Source of the DNA: Dehalococcoidia bacterium
GTDB lineage: Bacteria; Chloroflexota; Dehalococcoidia; Lucifugimonadales; UBA3495
NCBI GenBank assembly: GCA_965218875.1
Contig: OZ244707.1
Span: forward strand, 2,000,504 to 2,064,503
Direction of reading: 5' to 3'
Length of the DNA: 64,000 nucleotides
Part shown: positions 24,933-33,070 of the stretch, piece by piece
Layout of the letters: every line of letters begins with the position of its first letter
Position numbering within the stretch: position 1 is the stretch's first letter
Position numbers and translations under genes: made by a program
Notes under the pieces: model-generated
The model's input: the letters and a program-made list of their open reading frames with translations, nothing else
The model's database searches: none
What the model was told of the DNA's origin: nothing

Positions 24933-25952
24933 GTGACCCCGGGGTACGGGGAGTACCGAGTTGTGGAAGTAGTGTTCGACCGCGGCGTCTACCTGCCTGC
25001 GCTGTCCCTATGGCTGGACTCGCGGCGCAAGCGGGAGAGCAGCGTTATCTCCCACGCCCACTCCGATCATCTGGGTAAGCACCGGCGCCCGGTCTTGACT
25101 CCCAACACTCTGCTCCTGCTGGCCGGCTACGCGCACTCCTGGGATCCCGTGGTCCTCCCTTACCGGGAGCCGCTGCGCCGGGACGGGCACACGGTTACGC
25201 TGTACCCCGCCGGTCACTGCTTGGGGTCGGCGCAGGCGCTGGTGGAAGACCGGGCCACCGGGGAGCGCCTGCTCTACACCGGGGACATCAAGACTCAGCC
25301 AAGCCCCACCAACGAACCCCTGGAAGCCGTTCCCTGCGACACGCTGGTCCTGGAGTCCACCTACGGCAGGCCGGGTTACGAATTCCCGCCTCAGGAGCAG
25401 GCCCTGGACTCGGCGTTCGGCGCCCTTCGGTCCTGGCTGCAACAGGGCCTGCGTCCGGTGGTGTGGGTGTGGCGGTTGGGGAAGGCCCAGGAGGTGTTGC
25501 ACCATCTCCTGGCGGCGGGGTTCAGGGTGATGCTGGAGGACAGCATCGCCGCAGCTACGGGGGCTTACCGGCAAGCCGGAGTCACCTTTCCCGGCGAGTA
25601 CTCGGGGTTCAGCGGCCGCTGGGCGGAAGGCGAGGTGTTGATCGCCCCGCCGGGCCGCGGCGCCAAGCTGGGCCTCGACCAGGTGCGGGGCAAACGCACC
25701 ATGGAGCTAACCGGGTGGTCTGCGGCGGGAGGGAACGGCTGGGGCCGCCGGGCCGACGTTAGCCTGCCCTTCAGCGACCACCCTGATTTCAACCAACTGG
25801 TGTCCTACGTAGGACAGGTGGCCCCCAAGCGGGTATACACGGTCAACGGCTTTCCCGATCTAGCCGCCCACCTGCGGCGGCTGGGCTACCCGGCGGTGCA
25901 CCTGGACGGCAACCACAGGTCCGGAGCGGGGTTCCAGATGAAGCTGATGTAG
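24933..25952 (+). CDS. MBL-fold beta-CASP nuclease (ligase-associated exonuclease-like)
   Basis: ISHAHSDHLG (HxHxDH), YPAGHCLGSA, YTGDIK, LESTYG and LPFSDHPDFNQLVSYV. I use GTG 24933 because the upstream part of the track ORF overlaps the neighbouring gene; the start is uncertain. Confidence 0.75.
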   Translation: MTPGYGEYRVVEVVFDRGVYLPALSLWLDSRRKRESSVISHAHSDHLGKHRRPVLTPNTLLLLAGYAHSWDPVVLPYREPLRRDGHTVTLYPAGHCLGSAQALVEDRATGERLLYTGDIKTQPSPTNEPLEAVPCDTLVLESTYGRPGYEFPPQEQALDSAFGALRSWLQQGLRPVVWVWRLGKAQEVLHHLLAAGFRVMLEDSIAAATGAYRQAGVTFPGEYSGFSGRWAEGEVLIAPPGRGAKLGLDQVRGKRTMELTGWSAAGGNGWGRRADVSLPFSDHPDFNQLVSYVGQVAPKRVYTVNGFPDLAAHLRRLGYPAVHLDGNHRSGAGFQMKLM

Positions 25953-26004
25953 GCTCGCCACCGGGGACGCTTGCCGTGCCCTCCGGGGCAACAGCGCGTT
26001 GGGC

Positions 26005-26421
26005 CTAGCCCCCGTGGAGCTTCCTGAGGCCCTCGAAGCCCATGTTGTAGGCGCCCTCGAAGAGTTCCTGGGCCTCAGCCTCGCTCATCCCCGCCGGCTC
26101 GAAAACCGACGACCAGGTCAGCTCGCATTGGCCGCTGCCGGCGTCCCTCACCTGCATGGTGGCCACGTAGCCGCTCACCGCTATGGGCGTCTCGACGAAA
26201 GAGTAGGTCAAGCTCCGGGCCTGTTCGTCCAGGCTGTCTAGCCGCTCGACGATTGTGGCGCCGCCGTCGAGGGTCAACGTCCGCAGCGCGCCCACGCCGG
26301 ACCCTTCCATCTTGCTGCCGGTAATCATGGCCATGAAGCGGTCGATGCCCTGGAAGTCGCTGATGTCCTTCCAGACGGCGTCCGCCGAGGCATTGATGGT
26401 AGCGCTCAGTGAAATGTTCAT
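26005..26421 (-). CDS. SRPBCC (START/polyketide cyclase-like) family protein
   Basis: MNISLSATINASADAVWKDISDFQGI...YSFVETPIAVSGYVATMQV is typical of SRPBCC. GGGGGTGA precedes ATG 26421. Confidence 0.75.
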   Translation of the reverse strand: MNISLSATINASADAVWKDISDFQGIDRFMAMITGSKMEGSGVGALRTLTLDGGATIVERLDSLDEQARSLTYSFVETPIAVSGYVATMQVRDAGSGQCELTWSSVFEPAGMSEAEAQELFEGAYNMGFEGLRKLHGG

Positions 26422-26567
26422 CCGGGTCACCCCCAATAGACGTTACGAAGCGGGAACCGCGGTCTGTCCCACGGGCGGACGAGCATGCGGCCCCGGTCGC
26501 CGCAGTTCTGTTCGCGGCCTGAGGGCCCTTACCGTCCGCTGCCGTGCGCCTGACAGTGTCATTATAC

Positions 26568-26601
26568 CCAATAAAATGGGGGCGCATCGTCACGCGCCCC
26601 C
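26568..26601 (-). terminator. Intrinsic terminator after leuA
   Basis: Minus strand GGGGGCGC-GUGACGAU-GCGCCCCC followed by AUUUUAUU, about 30 nt past the leuA stop. Confidence 0.7.
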
Positions 26602-26632
26602 TGGACGTCCCGCCCTCTTGCGTTTACGTAGG

Positions 26633-28198
26633 CTAGTCGGGCGTGGCGCCCAACGGCGGGGCCTCGGCCGATTCGTCGGCGGCCAGCATCCGGTTGATGG
26701 CGCTCAGGTAAGCCTTGGCGCTGGCCACCACGATGTCGGTGTCCGCGCCACGGCCGGTGTAGGTCTTTCCCTCTTTTTCGATGCGCATGGTAACCGTGCC
26801 CAGGGAGTCGATGCCCTCGGTTGCCGCCTGCACGTTGAAGTCCACCAGCTTGTTGGTTATGCCGATGGCGCGGTCCATGGCGTTGCAGATGGAGTTAACC
26901 GGGCCGTTGCCGGTGGCGGCGTCGGTGAAGGAGTTGCCCTCGGCGTCGGTGAGCCGCACCGTGGCCGTGGCCACGCCGTGGTCGCCGCCGCTGAACTGCA
27001 CCTGCTCCAGGGTATAGCTGGCCGTCTCGCCGGCCTCCCGCTGCTCCTCGTCCATCAGGATTTCCAGGTCGCGGTCGGTCACCTCCCGCTTCTTGTCGGC
27101 CAACACCTTGAACGACTCGAATACGTTGGAGATTTCCTCCCGGGATAGCGAGTAGCCCAGGGACTCCAACCGGGACTGCAGTCCGGCGCGGCCGCTCAGC
27201 TTGCCCAGCACCAGGCTGTTGCCCGGCACGCCCACCCGTTCCGGTTGCATGACCTCATAGGTGGAGCGGTCCTTCAGCACCCCGTCCTGGTGAATTCCCG
27301 AGGCGTGACGGAAGGCGTTCTCGCCCACGACCGCCTTGTTGGACTGCACCGCCATGCCGGTGATGCGGCTGACCATGCGCGAGGAGGGGTAAATCTGCGT
27401 GGTGTCGATGTCTATGTCCACGCCGAAGTGGTCCTTGCGGGTGTCCAGGGCCATGATGATCTCTTCCAACGAGGCGTTGCCGGCCCGCTCGCCGATGCCG
27501 TTGATGCACCCCTCGACCTGCCGCGCGCCCACCTCGATGGCGGTCAGGCTGTTGGCCACCGCCAGGCCGAGGTCGTTGTGGCAGTGGACGCTGAGCACCA
27601 CGTCGTCTATGCCCGGCACCTTCTCCTTGATGTCATGGAGCATCTTGGCAAACCCGTTGGCCGAGGGTATGGCGTAGCCCACGGTGTCGGCGATGTTGAC
27701 GGTGGTGGCCCCGGCGCGGATCACCTCGGCCAGCATCTGGTAGAGGTACTCCGGGTTGGTGCGGGTGGCGTCCATGGGGGAGAACTCCACGTCGGAGCAG
27801 TAGCTCTTGGCCCGCTCCACCATAGCCACGGCCAACTCCATAACCTCTTCCCGGTTCTTGCGCAGTTGGTGCATCTGGTGAATTTCCGAAGAGGAGAGAA
27901 ACACGTGGACCCGGGGCCGCTCCGCGTGCTGGACGGCCCGCCAGGCCTGGTCCACGTCGTTGGGATGGGCCCGGGCCAGGGAGGCGATGATGGGCCCCTT
28001 GACCTCCTTGGCGATGTTGGAGACCGCCTCGAAGTCGCCGGGAGAGCTGGCGGCGAACCCGGCCTCGATGATGTCTACCTGCATACGCTGCAACTGGCGG
28101 GCGATCTCCATCTTCTCGGCGCCGGTCATGCCGATGCCGGCCGATTGCTCGCCGTCGCGCAGCGTGGTGTCCAATAGCAATACCTTGTTTTGAGCCAT
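26633..28198 (-). CDS. leuA: 2-isopropylmalate synthase
   Basis: [29 protein letters not shown] and a C-terminal LeuA dimerisation/regulatory domain (521 aa). Confidence 0.92.
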   Translation of the reverse strand: MAQNKVLLLDTTLRDGEQSAGIGMTGAEKMEIARQLQRMQVDIIEAGFAASSPGDFEAVSNIAKEVKGPIIASLARAHPNDVDQAWRAVQHAERPRVHVFLSSSEIHQMHQLRKNREEVMELAVAMVERAKSYCSDVEFSPMDATRTNPEYLYQMLAEVIRAGATTVNIADTVGYAIPSANGFAKMLHDIKEKVPGIDDVVLSVHCHNDLGLAVANSLTAIEVGARQVEGCINGIGERAGNASLEEIIMALDTRKDHFGVDIDIDTTQIYPSSRMVSRITGMAVQSNKAVVGENAFRHASGIHQDGVLKDRSTYEVMQPERVGVPGNSLVLGKLSGRAGLQSRLESLGYSLSREEISNVFESFKVLADKKREVTDRDLEILMDEEQREAGETASYTLEQVQFSGGDHGVATATVRLTDAEGNSFTDAATGNGPVNSICNAMDRAIGITNKLVDFNVQAATEGIDSLGTVTMRIEKEGKTYTGRGADTDIVVASAKAYLSAINRMLAADESAEAPPLGATPD

Positions 28199-28425
28199 TT
28201 CCCTTTCCTACCTAGATGTTAGTGGATAGCAGTTGGCGGTTAGCCGTTGGTTGCCGGCGGATGGTGGTTAGAAGCCCGGCAGGGTCACGTAGTCCGCCAC
28301 GCCCAGCCCGGCCAGGACCAGCGCGCGACGGCAGACTACTCTCAACGTCTCCTGTGTCATGATTTTCTCCATTTAATATTAGCAGCCCCGCCTTGGTAAC
28401 CACCGCTCGACGGGCCGAATACCCA

Positions 28426-28728
28426 TTAATCTCCCACGAAGCGGGCGGCGAAGACAGCCGCCAGCAAGGCACCGCCGACCGCGAGAATTGTGTAGAACAC
28501 CCGGTCAATGCGCCGGTTTGTCTCTGACAACCCGGTTTCCAGCCGTCGGTTTGTCTCTGACAACCCGGTTTCCAGCCGTCGGTTTGTCTCTGACAACCCA
28601 GTCTCCAGCCGCCGGTTCGTTTCTTGTTGGCCGTCTTTCAGGGCGGCCATATCGCCTTCCATCCGACCGATAGCCCGCCATACAGCGGCGGCGTCAACTT
28701 GCGTTCCGGTTTCGGCGTCGGTCGCCAT
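28426..28728 (-). CDS. Small tail-anchored coiled-coil repeat protein (XhlA-like architecture)
   Basis: 100 aa with three consecutive ETNRRLETGLS units plus a fourth ETNRR start, followed by the C-terminal TM helix VFYTILAVGGALLAAVFAARFV. It lies between ilvC and leuA on the same strand. Confidence 0.55.
   Translation of the reverse strand: MATDAETGTQVDAAAVWRAIGRMEGDMAALKDGQQETNRRLETGLSETNRRLETGLSETNRRLETGLSETNRRIDRVFYTILAVGGALLAAVFAARFVGD
28514..28612. repeat. 33-bp in-frame tandem repeat (3 copies plus a partial one)
   Basis: CGGTTTGTCTCTGACAACCCGGTTTCCAGCCGT is repeated head to tail. The first two copies are identical and the third has a few substitutions. Confidence 0.85.
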
Positions 28729-28810
28729 CGCTTCTCTCCGATAGGCTGGTATGCATTACCATGGTTGCGCCACCCACGAGGTCGGCGCTGTCCGGCCCTT
28801 TGCGCACCGC

Positions 28811-29806
28811 CTACTTCGGGTCCATCCAGGGCATCATGGCCCGGAGCTCCTTGCCTATTCCCTCGATGGGGGCGTTCTGGGCGGCTTCCCGCATGGGGAC
28901 GAACCTGGGACGGCCCTCGTCGTTCTCCGCGATCCACTCCCGGGCGAAGGTGCCGTCCTGTATCTCCTTCAATATCTCCCGCATGTTCTCCCGGACGTGC
29001 TCGTCGATGATGCGGTTCCGGCGGCTGAGCGACCCGTACTCGGCGGTGTCGCTGACCGAGAAGTGCATGTAGTTGTGCCCGCCCTGGTACATGAGGTCGA
29101 CGATCATCTTCAGCTCGTGCAGGCACTCGAAGTAGGCGATTTCCTGGGGATAACCGGCCTCCACCAGGGTCTCGAACGCCGCGTTGACCAAGGCCGTCAC
29201 CCCGCCGCAGAGGATGCTCTGCTCGCCGAACAGGTCGCTTTCGGTCTCGTCCTTGATGGTGGTTTCCAGCACTCCCGCCCCGGTGCAGCCGATGCCCTTG
29301 GCGTAGGCCAGCCCGATTTCCTTGGCCTTGCCCGTCGTATCCTGGTGCACCGCCAGCAGGCTGGGCACCCCCACTCCCTCCACGAACAACTCCCGCATCC
29401 GGTGCCCGGGGGCTTTCGGCGCCACCATCATCACGTCCACGTTGCCGGGCGGGACGACCTCCCGGTAGTGGATGCTGAAGCCGTGGGCCACCATGAGGGC
29501 GCTGCCCGGCCTGAGGTTGGGCTCTATCTCGTCGCGGTAGGTGCGGCCCTGCACGTGGTCCGGGATGACCACCATGACCACGTCGGACTCCTTGACCACC
29601 GCGGGCACGTCGTCCACCTCCAGGCCGGCCTGCCGGGCCACCTCCCGGCTGCGGCTGCCTGGGTATAGCCCCACTATCACGTTCTGACCGTTGTCCTTGA
29701 GGTTCAGGGCGTGGGCGTGGCCCTGGCTGCCGTAGCCCACGATGCCTATGGTCTTCCCGGCCAGCAATTCCAGGTCTGCGTCCTTGTCGTAATACACGTT
29801 TACCAT
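28811..29806 (-). CDS. ilvC: Ketol-acid reductoisomerase
   Basis: MVNVYYDKDADLELLAGKTIGIVGYGSQGHAHALNLKDNG is the canonical class I KARI N-terminus. Confidence 0.95.
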   Translation of the reverse strand: MVNVYYDKDADLELLAGKTIGIVGYGSQGHAHALNLKDNGQNVIVGLYPGSRSREVARQAGLEVDDVPAVVKESDVVMVVIPDHVQGRTYRDEIEPNLRPGSALMVAHGFSIHYREVVPPGNVDVMMVAPKAPGHRMRELFVEGVGVPSLLAVHQDTTGKAKEIGLAYAKGIGCTGAGVLETTIKDETESDLFGEQSILCGGVTALVNAAFETLVEAGYPQEIAYFECLHELKMIVDLMYQGGHNYMHFSVSDTAEYGSLSRRNRIIDEHVRENMREILKEIQDGTFAREWIAENDEGRPRFVPMREAAQNAPIEGIGKELRAMMPWMDPK

Positions 29807-29884
29807 GGCTTTATCGCTCTTCCTGAATTGTGTAGTTTTGTCAATCGTGTAGTTTCGTACGGTGGAACACCGGACGGGCTGCGC

Positions 29885-30448
29885 CTACCCGGCGCCGAGT
29901 TCCCCCGCTTGGCTCCCGTTGGCGCTGATTCCGAGGCCGTCGCTGACCCGCCCGTCGCCCTGCCCCCGCACCATGGCCACCAACCCGGTGCGCAGCATTT
30001 CCAGGATTCCGAAGGGCTGCAACAGGCTGTGGAAGGCGTTGATCTTGTCCTCTTCGCCGGTGATTTCGATGACCAGGGATTGGGCCCCCACGTCGACGAT
30101 CTTGGCCCGGAAGAGGTTCACGATCTCGATGATCTCGCCGCGGGACGACGGGGTGCTCCGCACCTTGATCAGGGCCAACTCCCTGGCCACGATCTCCTCG
30201 CGGGAAATGTCGGACACCCGGATCACGTCGATGAGCTTGTCCAACTGGTTGGTCACCTGGTTGACCGTGGCTTCATCCCCGTTGACCACGAAGGTCATGC
30301 GAGAGAGCCCCGGCTGCTCGCTCCTGCCCACCGCCAGGCTGGCGATGTTGAACCCGCGCCTGCGGAACATGCTGGCCACCCGGGTGAGCACCCCGGGCCG
30401 GTCCTCGACCAAGGCGACTATGGTGTGAAGCTGTCCGTTCTGGTCCAT
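29885..30448 (-). CDS. ilvN: Acetolactate synthase small (regulatory) subunit
   Basis: ACT domain HTIVALVEDRPGVLTRVASMFRRRGFNIASLAVG plus the C-terminal AHAS small-subunit domain. Confidence 0.9.
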   Translation of the reverse strand: MDQNGQLHTIVALVEDRPGVLTRVASMFRRRGFNIASLAVGRSEQPGLSRMTFVVNGDEATVNQVTNQLDKLIDVIRVSDISREEIVARELALIKVRSTPSSRGEIIEIVNLFRAKIVDVGAQSLVIEITGEEDKINAFHSLLQPFGILEMLRTGLVAMVRGQGDGRVSDGLGISANGSQAGELGAG

Positions 30449-30461
30449 CAGCTAAAGCCCT

Positions 30462-32153
30462 CTAAAGCCCCTGCGACGAGGGCTCCTCCCGCATGTCGCC
30501 CACCGACTCCCCGGCGGGAATCATAGGGTAGACGTTCTCGTCCTCCTTCACCCGGAAGTCGATTATCACCGGGCCGGGGGTCTCCATGGCTTCCTGAATT
30601 GCGTTGGCCACGTCGCCCTTTTCCGTCACCCGGATGCCCCGGATGCCGTAGGACTCGGCGATTTTGACGAAGTCCGGGTTGCCGCTGTACACGGTGGCAA
30701 AGTAGTCCTTCTCGTAGAACAGGTCTTGCCACTGGTGCACCATCCCCAGGGCCCCGTTGTTCAGAATGGCAAACTTCACGTCGATGCCGTGCTCCACCGC
30801 CACGGCCAGGTCGCACATAGTCATCTGGAAGCCGCCGTCCCCGGCAATGGACCACACCGTCTTGTCCGGGCGGCCCACCTTGGCGCCGATGGCCGCCGGG
30901 ACCTCGAATCCCATGGCTCCCAGGCCGCCCGAGGTAATCATGGTGTTGGGCTGGCGGAACCTGCAAAACTGGGCGGCCCACATCTGGTGCTGGCCCACCC
31001 CGGTCACGATGATGGCCTCCCCCTGGGTAACGTCGGAAAGCTCCTTGAGCACGAACTGAGGCAGCAACCGTTCCGTTTCCCGGATTTGAAGCGGGGGATG
31101 CTCCGCCCTGAGCCTATCGACGCGCCGCAGCCAGTCCAGGTGCACCGCCGGGTCGACCAGGGGAACAAGCTGCTGGAGGACTCGCTTGAGGTCCCCCACC
31201 ACCGGCGCGTCTGCCTTGACGTTCTTGCTCATCTCCGAAGGGTCGATGTCCACGTGGACGATCTTGGCCTGGGGAGCGAAGTCCTTCAGCCGCCCCGTCA
31301 CCCGGTCGTCGAACCGCATTCCCAGGGATATGAGCAGATCGGCCTGGTCGATGGCCAGGCTGGCGTGGGCCATGCCATGCATTCCCGGCATTCCCAGGTT
31401 CAGGTAGTGGCTGGTGGGGAAGGAACTGATGCCCAGCAGGGTGGTAATTACCGGGAGCTGGGCCTTCTCCGCCAGCTCCGCCAGCTCCTCGTAGGCGTGG
31501 GAAATAAGCACCCCGTGGCCGGCCAGGACTATGGGCCGCTCCGCCCGGTTGATCAGATCGGCCGCCTGGGCCACCTGTTGCGGGTCGGCGTCGCCGGGGG
31601 GATTGTAGCCGGCCAGGCTGACGGAGTCGGGCCAAACGAACTCGGTGCGGTCGTCCAGGAGCACGTCCTTGGGTATGTCCACCAGCACCGGGCCCGGCCT
31701 GCCGGTGCGGGCGATGTGGAACGCCTCCTTGATGGCCGGGGCCACGTCGGCCACGTCCATCACCAGGTAGTTGTGCTTGGTGATGGGCAGGGTTATGCCG
31801 GTAACGTCGGTCTCTTGAAAAGCGTCGCGGCCGATGGCCGGCCGGGGCACCTGGCCCGTAATGGCCACCATGGGGACCGAGTCCATCTGGGCGTTGCAGA
31901 TGCCGGTGACCAGGTTGGTGGCGCCGGGCCCCGAGGTGGCCAGGCACACGCCCACCTTGCCGGTGGCGCGGGCGTATCCATCCGCGGCCATGGCTGCCCC
32001 CTGCTCGTGGCGCACCAGCATGTGGCGCAGGCCGGGGTACCCGGCCATGGCGCCGTAGAGGGGCAGCACCGCGCCGCCGGGCAGGCCGAAGACCACGTCC
32101 ACCCCCTCCTTCAACAGGCTCTCACATACGATTTCCGCGCCGGTTAGCTCCAT
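30462..32153 (-). CDS. ilvB: Acetolactate synthase large subunit (biosynthetic)
   Basis: MELTGAEIVCESLLKEGVDVVFGLPGGAVLPLYGA...HEQGAAMAADGYARATGKVGVCLATSGPGATNLVTG. I start at ATG 32153 (GGAGAG upstream) because the track start at 32189 abuts the T-box terminator U-tract. Confidence 0.92.
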   Translation of the reverse strand: MELTGAEIVCESLLKEGVDVVFGLPGGAVLPLYGAMAGYPGLRHMLVRHEQGAAMAADGYARATGKVGVCLATSGPGATNLVTGICNAQMDSVPMVAITGQVPRPAIGRDAFQETDVTGITLPITKHNYLVMDVADVAPAIKEAFHIARTGRPGPVLVDIPKDVLLDDRTEFVWPDSVSLAGYNPPGDADPQQVAQAADLINRAERPIVLAGHGVLISHAYEELAELAEKAQLPVITTLLGISSFPTSHYLNLGMPGMHGMAHASLAIDQADLLISLGMRFDDRVTGRLKDFAPQAKIVHVDIDPSEMSKNVKADAPVVGDLKRVLQQLVPLVDPAVHLDWLRRVDRLRAEHPPLQIRETERLLPQFVLKELSDVTQGEAIIVTGVGQHQMWAAQFCRFRQPNTMITSGGLGAMGFEVPAAIGAKVGRPDKTVWSIAGDGGFQMTMCDLAVAVEHGIDVKFAILNNGALGMVHQWQDLFYEKDYFATVYSGNPDFVKIAESYGIRGIRVTEKGDVANAIQEAMETPGPVIIDFRVKEDENVYPMIPAGESVGDMREEPSSQGL

Positions 32154-32189
32154 GTTCTCTCCGTGACCTTGGCCCTGATTTTTGGCCAC

Positions 32190-32461
32190 AAAAAAACCGT
32201 CCCGTGAAGGGACGGGTCAGTTTGTTCCCGCGGTACCACCCTTCTTTTTCGGCAGGCCATGCCCCGGTGCTGCCGAAACAACTCAAAGACTTTTAACGGT
32301 GTCTGCCGCCACACCCTACTTTACCCTTGACGGGGGGTTCAGGTAGGCCGCTCCCGGGCGAGTTCGGAGCAGCGCCGCCGCCGGCTTGCACCAGCCGCCG
32401 ACTCTCTGGGGCGGGTACGCCTACTACTCCCGCTCATAGCGGATTTTGTGAATGTCGTAGC
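32190..32461 (-). promoter_or_regulatory. T-box leader (probable Leu, CUC specifier) of the ilvBNC-leuA operon
   Basis: Minus strand: GCUAUGAGCGGGAGUAGUAGG (stem I base), CCAGAGAG bulge, GAA-CUC-G in the specifier position (codon at 32362..32360), T-box GGGUGGUACCGCGGG (32227..32241 on plus), and terminator CCGUCCC-UUCAC-GGGACGG plus U7. Confidence 0.85.
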
Positions 32462-32467
32462 TAACTC

Positions 32468-32496
32468 AGCTTAACAGTGGCACTGGGCCTTGTCAA
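32468..32496 (-). promoter_or_regulatory. Putative sigma70-type promoter for T-box leader 2
   Basis: Minus strand TTGACA (32496..32491), 17-nt spacer, TAAGCT (32473..32468). Confidence 0.5.
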
Positions 32497-32551
32497 CGGT
32501 TTTGGCTGCGCGGCGGCACAGCCATCGCGGGGCCCATTGCCCAGGCGGGCG

Positions 32552-32905
32552 TCAAATGAGCAGGTCGACGCGATGCAGTTGCCCGGAGGTTGGATCGACG
32601 TTGAATCCCAGGGTCTCCAACGCGGTGACTCCCAGGACCGACGGGTCGCCCTCGACGCCGAACACCGCAGTGGTCCCGGCTACCTCGCCCCCGTAGTGGA
32701 TGTTGACGCTCCCCACGTCGCGGGTCAGCCTCCCGCCGAAGCCGCGAAACCCGCGCTGCCCGATCCGCTGAATCCCCAATTCTTCCAGTAGGCTAGTTGG
32801 CAAGACGCTGAGGGTAGCGCCGGTGTCCACCATGACCGACACTGACTCGGTACGGCCGGGGTCCGCGGGGTTGGAGAGGCCCACGTTTACGTATACAAGT
32901 CCCAC
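32552..32905 (-). CDS. Retropepsin-like (clan AA) aspartyl protease, single domain
   Basis: 117 aa with the catalytic VMVDTGATLSVLP (DTGA) and a C-terminal GVTALETLGF dimerisation-like strand. Confidence 0.65.
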   Translation of the reverse strand: MGLVYVNVGLSNPADPGRTESVSVMVDTGATLSVLPTSLLEELGIQRIGQRGFRGFGGRLTRDVGSVNIHYGGEVAGTTAVFGVEGDPSVLGVTALETLGFNVDPTSGQLHRVDLLI

Positions 32906-33025
32906 GGCTGGATTATGTCCCTCCTCAGATGCGATGCCCCAAGTACCATGAATTGTACTACACCCGCTCCTTCCGGCATTCTTTCCGGCGTCTTTTTCTC
33001 ACCCCGCGAGACCGGGCTGTTGTTG

Positions 33026-33034
33026 TGCTAAAAT
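33026..33034 (+). promoter_or_regulatory. Possible extended -10 promoter for metG
   Basis: TGcTAAAAT lies 37 nt before the TTG start of metG. No good -35 element. Confidence 0.35.
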
Positions 33035-33070
33035 ATCGACGCCAATCCATTCGGGCCCAGGACTACTCCC

